Part shown: piece by piece, positions 57,461-64,000 of the stretch
How positions within the stretch are numbered: the first letter of the stretch is position 1
Layout: the number at the start of each line of letters is the position of its first letter
From: Nanobdellota archaeon
GTDB lineage: Archaea > Nanobdellota > Nanobdellia > Parvarchaeales > Parvarchaeaceae
Length of the DNA stretch: 64,000 nucleotides
NCBI GenBank assembly: GCA_021799085.1
Contig: JAJZBD010000002.1
Location: forward strand, 103,376 to 167,375
Direction: 5' to 3'
Position numbers and translations under genes: made by a program
The notes under the pieces: model-generated
Databases searched by the model: none
What the model was told of the DNA's origin: nothing
The model's input: only the letters and a program-made list of their open reading frames with translations

Positions 57461-57530
57461 ATATAAGCCTTTAAATCATTGTTTTAATTACAAACTGGTT
57501 TTTATCCCCCTTAACATCTTAATATTAGAA

Positions 57531-57866
57531 TTATAAACCAAGTTGCTTCCTCAGATTCACTTTTATAAGTTCAAATGATTCTGTATCCAATTTACCCACT
57601 TTATTGATTAATCTTTCCTTGCTTATAGAAAATGCCTGATAAGTAACTGCAACGCTGTCCACGGTCAATCCATTTTCTGCTGTTCTTAGGATTGGGACAT
57701 TTAAAGGTTCATCAAAACGCTTTTCTCCCTTTGATATCGCGACTACGAAGACCAGAGCATGCCCCACGAAATTTTTTATTATTACTGCGTATCTGTCTTT
57801 CTTTATCTCTGTTCCTTCCCGTTCATTTTCAGGTAATCTAACAAAATATACTTCTCCTTCATTCAT
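57531..57866 (-). CDS. mazF: MazF/PemK-family endoribonuclease toxin
   Basis: GEVYFV.L...G.E..K.R.AVII, GL..DS....Q...ISKERL...VG.L; ATGA overlap with the upstream gene. Confidence 0.85.
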   Translation of the reverse strand: MNEGEVYFVRLPENEREGTEIKKDRYAVIIKNFVGHALVFVVAISKGEKRFDEPLNVPILRTAENGLTVDSVAVTYQAFSISKERLINKVGKLDTESFELIKVNLRKQLGL

Positions 57867-58408
57867 GTATCTTCGGCCGTATCCAGCAGGCTTGCTTCCG
57901 CCCATGCTTTTGATTCTTTTTCTGCTTCTTTACGGATCTCTTCTTGTCTTTCTTTCGTCAATAAGAACGTTTTAGCTAGATTAATCGAATCTACCCTGTC
58001 CTCCAACGAAAGTTTCGGTTTAGCTTCCTTTAACTTTTGATAAGCATTTTTCCAACTAGCATTGCCCGTTCTTATCAAATAAATCATAGTAGTAGCTCCT
58101 TCCACTACGTTATCAGTAACTGAAAAGACTTCTTTCAATTTTTCCACTTGCTCATTGTCTGGCCTAACCTCTTTTGTTTGAATTGTATTTCTGGCGTACT
58201 CATAATAGAGTGTGGTCTCATCCGGAGAATAAGGGCCATGAGTATAGATGTTGAAATCATCTATCTCTTCATTGTTCAAAACCCTCAATAAAAATGCCAG
58301 TTTTTGCAGTTTGAACCTGGTTAAGAAATCTCCCTCTATATTTAATTTGAATTCTAGTGCTTTTGCATATGCTATCAATCTGCTTATTTCCTCAACACCA
58401 TCATCCAT
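57863..58408 (-). CDS. YwgA/Panacea(DUF4065)-like putative antitoxin with acidic C-terminal helix
   Basis: RFKLQKLAFL...F..Y.HGPYS motif. Confidence 0.65.
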   Translation of the reverse strand: MDDGVEEISRLIAYAKALEFKLNIEGDFLTRFKLQKLAFLLRVLNNEEIDDFNIYTHGPYSPDETTLYYEYARNTIQTKEVRPDNEQVEKLKEVFSVTDNVVEGATTMIYLIRTGNASWKNAYQKLKEAKPKLSLEDRVDSINLAKTFLLTKERQEEIRKEAEKESKAWAEASLLDTAEDT

Positions 58409-58410
58409 AT

Positions 58411-58737
58411 TTAGCCTCCTTTTTTATATTCTTTAACCGCATCAAACCATTCGATTATATTTTTTAATGCTTCCTCTCCGCTATCAGTAATTTTATAGAC
58501 AACGAGTGGTTTTTCCTGTATCTTTACTACAAAACCCTTTTTTTCCAAATACTGTATATTTGGCTTTGCTACACCTTCCATTACTCCAAGATCATTTATA
58601 AGATATTTGTAAGGGTAACCATCTTCCTTGTAAATAGATAGTATTGTCAAACTCATTATCTTAGAATACGTTAAAAGCCTATGAAATTTCTGGTCCAGCC
58701 AAGGGGGCCTAATTTGCTGACTGTCCTTTACCTCCAT
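58411..58737 (-). CDS. Winged-helix regulator (PadR/MarR-like)
   Basis: IL......GY.Y.L...L....G......L..KGFV......YKITDSG. Confidence 0.75.
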   Translation of the reverse strand: MEVKDSQQIRPPWLDQKFHRLLTYSKIMSLTILSIYKEDGYPYKYLINDLGVMEGVAKPNIQYLEKKGFVVKIQEKPLVVYKITDSGEEALKNIIEWFDAVKEYKKGG

Positions 58738-58916
58738 ATCTATAAATTTCCTTCATCGTATTTAAGTGTTTATTTTACCACATTATAAATAATTTATCAT
58801 AAAATATAAATAATTTTCAAATTTAAAAGTATTTAAATGAGTTTAAGTCCTAGTATTAGCATGAAGAGCAGGCAATAGCTCTAATAAATGGAAATTGGAA
58901 ATCAAGGTGGTTAAAT

Positions 58917-59099
58917 ATGGATAAAAATCAAAAAATAGTTTTAGAGGGTATAGGCGGATTAATTATGATAATTGCTGGATTATCTTCTAAAAATAAACTA
59001 GTAGCTAATCTTGCCTTTTCTGGAGGTTTAGCTCTTCTAATTTCAGGTATTAAAGATATTTTAGATCAGAATAATGATGCAAACGAAATTCCAGTTTAA
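58917..59099 (+). CDS. Small Gly-rich 2-TM membrane protein
   Basis: SD AAGGTGG; two Gly-containing hydrophobic helices. Confidence 0.6.
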   Translation: MDKNQKIVLEGIGGLIMIIAGLSSKNKLVANLAFSGGLALLISGIKDILDQNNDANEIPV

Positions 59100-59679
59100 T
59101 ACGGAAGATAACAAAAGAGAAGCGATAATATCATATTTAATCTGGAATAAACTAGCAATTAAAAATCTTTATAACATAGATATATCTCGTTTAAAAAATA
59201 ATATTGATCTTATCAAAAATTCGTTATATCCAAAAAGTTTAGACGAACTAATTAACTGCGTCAAAAATCTTCTAGCTAATACCGATTCAAACCTGCCTAA
59301 GATGTTCAATTGTCTTAAGTGGACAAAAACAAAAGTAGATGCAAAATTTGTAGGAACCGTTATGCAAAGAATGGGCGATTTACCGCAATGTGCATTATCA
59401 GGAGATCTGATAGATACCGCAAATTTTGTACAACAAAATAAAAGTTATAATAGCTCTCAATATATAGAAAAACTAACTAAGATATGCGGTTTCTTAGAAG
59501 AATTTCCGCCAATCCTTATATATAAAAGTTATAAAAATCGGAGGAAGGATAAGGCCAAGAATATTAAGTATTACATCGAAGACGGAAATCATAGAGCACT
59601 TGCATACATTTTATGCGGAAACACACAGTTCACAGCTTTCATAGGGAGTAATAAATTTTTAAGTATTTATCGATGTTAA
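59074..59679 (+). CDS. ParB/Srx-fold-like protein
   Basis: PPILI...YYIEDGNHRALA. Confidence 0.6.
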   Translation: MMQTKFQFNTEDNKREAIISYLIWNKLAIKNLYNIDISRLKNNIDLIKNSLYPKSLDELINCVKNLLANTDSNLPKMFNCLKWTKTKVDAKFVGTVMQRMGDLPQCALSGDLIDTANFVQQNKSYNSSQYIEKLTKICGFLEEFPPILIYKSYKNRRKDKAKNIKYYIEDGNHRALAYILCGNTQFTAFIGSNKFLSIYRC

Positions 59680-59778
59680 AGAGTTCAAATAGTAAAAATA
59701 TGCGCCTATACATATGGAAAAATTGTAGAGAAAACCTGTAAAACCATAATTTAAATACTTAAAGATTAAAACATTAAT

Positions 59779-61035
59779 ATGATATTTAAAAGGAGAAATA
59801 ACATCGAGGATAAAAAGAATACAGATAAATCAAATTCTGATGATACTAAAAAGCTAAACAGAAAGACGGATGATTTACTTAAAGAAATAAATTTAAAAGT
59901 TGCAGAAGCCCAACAGGATGATATAAATCGAAATTTAGTAAGGATAGGAACTCCCCAGATGAATAAAATAGGTGTTAAGTTAGGAGATTTTGTTGAAATA
60001 GAAGGCAATAGAAAAACAGTTGCAAAGGTCGACAGGACACATCCCGGCGATTTAGGTCTGAACATAATAAGAATGGATGATACTGTAAGAAAGAATGCAA
60101 AAGTGTCTATAGGTGAAAATGTAATAATCAGGAAAGCGGAGGTTTACGAAGCCGATGTAGTCAACCTTTCTCCATTGTCTACATTTTCAATACCGGGCGC
60201 AGAAAATACAATAGGCAGGTTGCTTTTGGGCAGGGCAGTATCAAAAGGAGACATAATAACGATTGGCAATGAAGGAAAAAACTTATTCTTTCCATTTTTT
60301 GAAGATAGTATAGGTAGTATATTTAATAATCCTGCTTTTTCATTCTCCCAATTAGGTTTATCTAAACTCCATTTTCTCGTCACTTCAACTTCTCCAAAAG
60401 GATTTGTATTTATAACAGAAATTACTGAAATAAAAATATCAAATAAACCAGCTAATTTTGAAGATGATGTTTATGGTCCAATGAAAATTCCGTTCTCTTT
60501 AGGCATAGACACTAGACAATCAGACATAATCTGGCTGGTTGATAATTATGATTCTTTTCCTATACAAAAATCAAGGATTATAGAAACGACTAAGGATTAT
60601 CAGGATAAAATAGACTTTGATTTAATACTGTATAAAGACAGAAAAAGGTATGTATTGAAACATTTTAATTTTTCAGTAATACCCGCAAGTGCAGGTAAAT
60701 CTAAAATAAAAATAGACACAGATGTAGATAAGTATGGTGGTGTGGCAGTATCTATACATAACCCTCCTTCGGCCAGCGCTATTAATATCTATTCTATGGA
60801 AGAAATAATAAAAAGTCCATTTACACAGGCTAAAGAAACGATAGAAGCAATAAATTTATTAATGGCTGACAAGGGTTTTAATTTAAAAGACGATGAGAAA
60901 GGGGAATTAAAGAAAATAATCGCCAGATTAAAAGCTGTTTTGAAATCTAATGACGAAGAAAAGATAAAAATAGAACTTAAGAAATCTCAAGAAATATTAG
61001 ATAAACTTGCAGAAATTATATATCATTTAGACTAA
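59779..61035 (+). CDS. Chimera of Cdc48/VAT N-domain and DnaK-like substrate-binding domain plus lid, no ATPase
   Basis: aa ~36-230 LKVAEA...D..R..VRI...GD.VEIEG.RKTVA.V...IIRMD...RKNA.VSIGE.V; aa ~236-418 PFSLGI.T...P..KS....T..D.Q...IPA..G...I....DVD..G...VS plus helical lid; no Walker A or actin-like ATPase motifs. Confidence 0.8.
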   Translation: MIFKRRNNIEDKKNTDKSNSDDTKKLNRKTDDLLKEINLKVAEAQQDDINRNLVRIGTPQMNKIGVKLGDFVEIEGNRKTVAKVDRTHPGDLGLNIIRMDDTVRKNAKVSIGENVIIRKAEVYEADVVNLSPLSTFSIPGAENTIGRLLLGRAVSKGDIITIGNEGKNLFFPFFEDSIGSIFNNPAFSFSQLGLSKLHFLVTSTSPKGFVFITEITEIKISNKPANFEDDVYGPMKIPFSLGIDTRQSDIIWLVDNYDSFPIQKSRIIETTKDYQDKIDFDLILYKDRKRYVLKHFNFSVIPASAGKSKIKIDTDVDKYGGVAVSIHNPPSASAINIYSMEEIIKSPFTQAKETIEAINLLMADKGFNLKDDEKGELKKIIARLKAVLKSNDEEKIKIELKKSQEILDKLAEIIYHLD

Positions 61036-61138
61036 AAACGATTTGGAATATTTTTATTTTCTAAATCGGCAAATTGAATCAATTAGATACATCAATAAAT
61101 AAAATGAGGGATTAGAAATAGAAATTTATAACTGATTG

Positions 61139-61740
61139 TTATTTTAATCTATGAACAGTGTATTCTCCATATGATTCGGAATCATCTGAATGTACTACTG
61201 GCAAAAAACTATGGTTATCGAACCATTCATTAATTTGGCGTTTTAAATCTTGTTGTGCTGTAAATTTTAACAATACTAAGTATAAGTAGTGTTTTGTTCT
61301 AACATATTTTATTCTGTAGCCTTGCGATGGTGGCAATAATTCCTTTTTTATTATTCTTTTAAATTTAACCTTTTTTATAGGAATTTCTTTCAATGATAGG
61401 TCTGGAATAAATAAATCGCATTTATCACCTTTAATTATAAATTTGGCATCCACTTCTATATTCTTAAATTTAAAAAGAACAGAGGATCTAGAATAACGTC
61501 TAAAGCCCGAATGATAAAGAAAGTTTTTTTCGGGTTTCCATAGTAATGACATACTTAAATAAGCTACTAATATCATATAAATAATTAAAATGAATTTTTC
61601 ATAAAATTATAGCTTAAGATATCTTTTGCTTATAATTTTCTAATAATAAAATAATGATAAAAAAGCGCTTATAGCAAAGACAGAAAGCTATAAAGAACGG
61701 GAAAAAGATTAAACTGTACAAACAAAAATAAAGTCTTCAT
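61139..61740 (-). pseudogene. Decaying membrane protein gene
   Basis: ATG overlaps the R-M stop (ATGA); hydrophobic N-terminus carries a frameshift and two in-frame stops before the surviving 145-aa frame. Confidence 0.45.
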
Positions 61741-64000
61741 TTTAAAGATTCTTCAATAATTTTCTTTTCCTCATCAACTATCCCATAAATTTTATAAACT
61801 AATTCATCAATTTCTTTATCTGTTTTTTCAATTTCCTTTTTTATTTTAGTTCTTTGCTCTGTTTTGTTATTATAAATTTTGTTAAGATGCTTGTTTAAAG
61901 AGATCATTTTATCCGCTAATTTAACAATTGCTAATTGCTGAGAATCAGCCGGGATTCTTATTGGCAACTGTCTTACCTGTCCAATTCTTATTTTAGGAAA
62001 GATATCAGTACCCGTTCTGAACTTTGTTAAATAGTAAAATTGCATTAATTTTGAATTTAGTACACCTAATAAAAATTTAATTTGGATTTTATTATCTTGT
62101 TTTTTCTGTATATCGTATAGAGTTCTTAAATTTATCAAACCTGAATCATCATAGACGGTTGTTAATCTAGTACCGGCTTCTCTAATCAATAATTTTTCAT
62201 TTTCAAATATATCTTTGTTCTTTTGAAAATCTCTAAAAATTCCTTTTTTAATAAATTTAGTTTTTTTGATTCTGTATCTTTCAACATCTTCCCCAGATAA
62301 AATAGGTAAATCATCTTTATTGTTCCTTTCTTCAAAGATTCCCTCGTGTTTTTTACTTAGTTCGATGCCTCTTGTAACAGTAACTAATTTATCCAATGTA
62401 ATAACATCAATAACCATTTTACTAATAATAGTATTTGATATATAATCAGTAGTGCTATCTATTATATAGTTTTTGTCTTTGTATAGGTCTATCTGTTTTC
62501 TTTTTATTTCTTTAAAGCCGTGATTTTTATTTATTTTTGTTTTGAATAAAAATACATTTTCTTTTCTTAACTTTAAATTGAAGCATTTTTCAAGAATTAA
62601 TATACAAGTTGGCATTTGTACCTTTTCGAAAACTTTGTCTCCTAAATCTAAAATATTAACTATTTTAGTATTATCTAATATAAATTCTCTAATTTTAGAG
62701 TACTGATAACCTTTTAAGATTAATGAAGGCACGATAAAACCGAATATTCCTTCTTCCTTAAGTAATGATATAGCTTTCTCTATAAATATACAAAATAAGT
62801 CAAATTGTTTATCTGCCACATGAAAATTTTCTTTATAAAATGCAACGTCTTTTTTGGGTAAATTATGTATTTTAATATATGGAGGATTACCTATTACAAC
62901 ATCAAAACCACTATTTTTCATTATATCCGTAAATTCCTCATTCCACTTGAAAGCTTTATCGCCGGCTATCTTTGGATCATCTATTAGAGAGTTGCCATTC
63001 TTTATGTTCTTTTGCAAAGTAGGTAGCCTCTTACGTTTTTCAGCGATTTTAAGTAATAAATTTAACTGAGCAATTTCAACAGCCTTTTCATCAAGATCTA
63101 CTCCAAATATATTCTTAGTAACTATTTCTACTTTCTTAGAATATGATCCAAAATCTTCAAGCTTGGTTTCATCTAATTTTCCTTTCTCTTTCCAATAATT
63201 CTCTAAAGTGTCGTAAGCTTTCAACAAAAAGCTACCAGATCCACATGCTGGATCTAGAATCTTTATATTTTCAATGTCTTTTTCCTTATGGCTTTTTATA
63301 TATTCTCCAACAGTGTTCTTTACTATATAATCTACAATATAGGTTGGTGTATAGTAGATACCCTCACTTTTTCTCTTAGCTTTACTTGCCTCTAACTTAC
63401 TAGTTTTACCTACTTTTTTAAGAATCCTGCCAAGATACTGCTCATATATATTGCCAAGTATATCTGCGGATATTAAAGAAAAGTCGTATCTATAAAGTCC
63501 ATCTTTAGATTCATAAAGGCCATTAATTACCTCTTCTAAGATATTGTCGTCTATTTTTAGATCATCACATAGGCTATGCTCAAATAATTTACTGTCATAA
63601 TCTTTGTCAAAACTGCTATAAATTTTATTAAGTTGATTCAGAAGATGCCCAGTTTCAGAGCTTGACCATTCTCTTACCTTAGACCTTAACTCTTCCGGCT
63701 CAAGTCCTCTATCCTCAGCGTTTCTAATAAATATCATCCTATCTATTATTCTTTGAACTGCTTCTTCAATATCTTCATCACTTAAATTTCTATTTTTATT
63801 GTTGATTTTTATATTATTATACAGGATTTCTCTAAAATTCGTAATATCATCTAAAAGTGCGGTATCTATTGATTTCTTTAATTCCTTCTTACCCACATAC
63901 TCAGCTTTTTTATCTAACTCTCCCTTTTTTATTGATTCTTTAGACAAAAGCATCAATTCATCTATCTTTTCTAGGTAGTCTTTAGGCTCTATAAAAATAA
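61737..64000 (-). CDS. Type IIG-like (Eco57I/TaqI-class) N6-adenine methyltransferase/R-M enzyme, 5' end outside window
   Basis: GIYYTP, LDPACGSGSFL, IFGVD, GNSL, GNPPY, TaqI-C-like LLGVLNSKL; frame open to window edge. Confidence 0.9.
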   Translation of the reverse strand, partial: IFIEPKDYLEKIDELMLLSKESIKKGELDKKAEYVGKKELKKSIDTALLDDITNFREILYNNIKINNKNRNLSDEDIEEAVQRIIDRMIFIRNAEDRGLEPEELRSKVREWSSSETGHLLNQLNKIYSSFDKDYDSKLFEHSLCDDLKIDDNILEEVINGLYESKDGLYRYDFSLISADILGNIYEQYLGRILKKVGKTSKLEASKAKRKSEGIYYTPTYIVDYIVKNTVGEYIKSHKEKDIENIKILDPACGSGSFLLKAYDTLENYWKEKGKLDETKLEDFGSYSKKVEIVTKNIFGVDLDEKAVEIAQLNLLLKIAEKRKRLPTLQKNIKNGNSLIDDPKIAGDKAFKWNEEFTDIMKNSGFDVVIGNPPYIKIHNLPKKDVAFYKENFHVADKQFDLFCIFIEKAISLLKEEGIFGFIVPSLILKGYQYSKIREFILDNTKIVNILDLGDKVFEKVQMPTCILILEKCFNLKLRKENVFLFKTKINKNHGFKEIKRKQIDLYKDKNYIIDSTTDYISNTIISKMVIDVITLDKLVTVTRGIELSKKHEGIFEERNNKDDLPILSGEDVERYRIKKTKFIKKGIFRDFQKNKDIFENEKLLIREAGTRLTTVYDDSGLINLRTLYDIQKKQDNKIQIKFLLGVLNSKLMQFYYLTKFRTGTDIFPKIRIGQVRQLPIRIPADSQQLAIVKLADKMISLNKHLNKIYNNKTEQRTKIKKEIEKTDKEIDELVYKIYGIVDEEKKIIEESLK

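Larger units (their letters stand above)
57480..64000. mobile_element. Putative defence island or integrated element (boundaries uncertain)
   Basis: TA operon, ParB-like gene, R-M gene and a visibly more AT-rich composition; no integrase or att site seen in the window. Confidence 0.4.

Overview
AT-rich, gene-dense archaeal chromosome segment. TATA-like boxes sit about 25 nt before mostly leaderless ATGs, and the gene set includes Lhr+MPE, AlaX, thermopsin and GlpA+CoxG. This points to an acidophilic DPANN archaeon, probably Parvarchaeota-like (inference, no search run). 1-29 kb is mostly housekeeping, redox and transport genes interleaved with lineage-specific orphans. 30-37.5 kb is a GNAT/M20/ABC/GTP cyclohydrolase II/amidohydrolase/phosphotransferase locus with uORFs, hairpins and three +1 frameshifts. 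37.6-54 kb is a variable region containing tandem paralogs, four Pol-beta-like nucleotidyltransferases (one an AbiE toxin), an EreA/TIKI-fold protein, and a glycosyltransferase/HprK-like kinase/Nudix-methyltransferase/GCH II island. An inverted, patchwork-identical CYTH duplication brackets most of it (40.3-53.7 kb). 57.5-64 kb is a defence-like island with wHTH-YwgA/Panacea-like-MazF, a ParB-like gene, an ATPase-less Cdc48-N/DnaK-SBD chimera and a type IIG-like R-M gene. Top candidates for new biology: (1) the Cdc48-N::DnaK substrate-binding-domain fusion; (2) a shared N-terminal [LI]-[DENQ]-x-[ILV]-[ILV] motif on the orphan, effector-like proteins; (3) the GT/kinase/Nudix-MTase/GCH II nucleotide-modification cluster. 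I saw no tRNA, rRNA, CRISPR array, integrase or reverse transcriptase. All family assignments come from motif recognition by eye.
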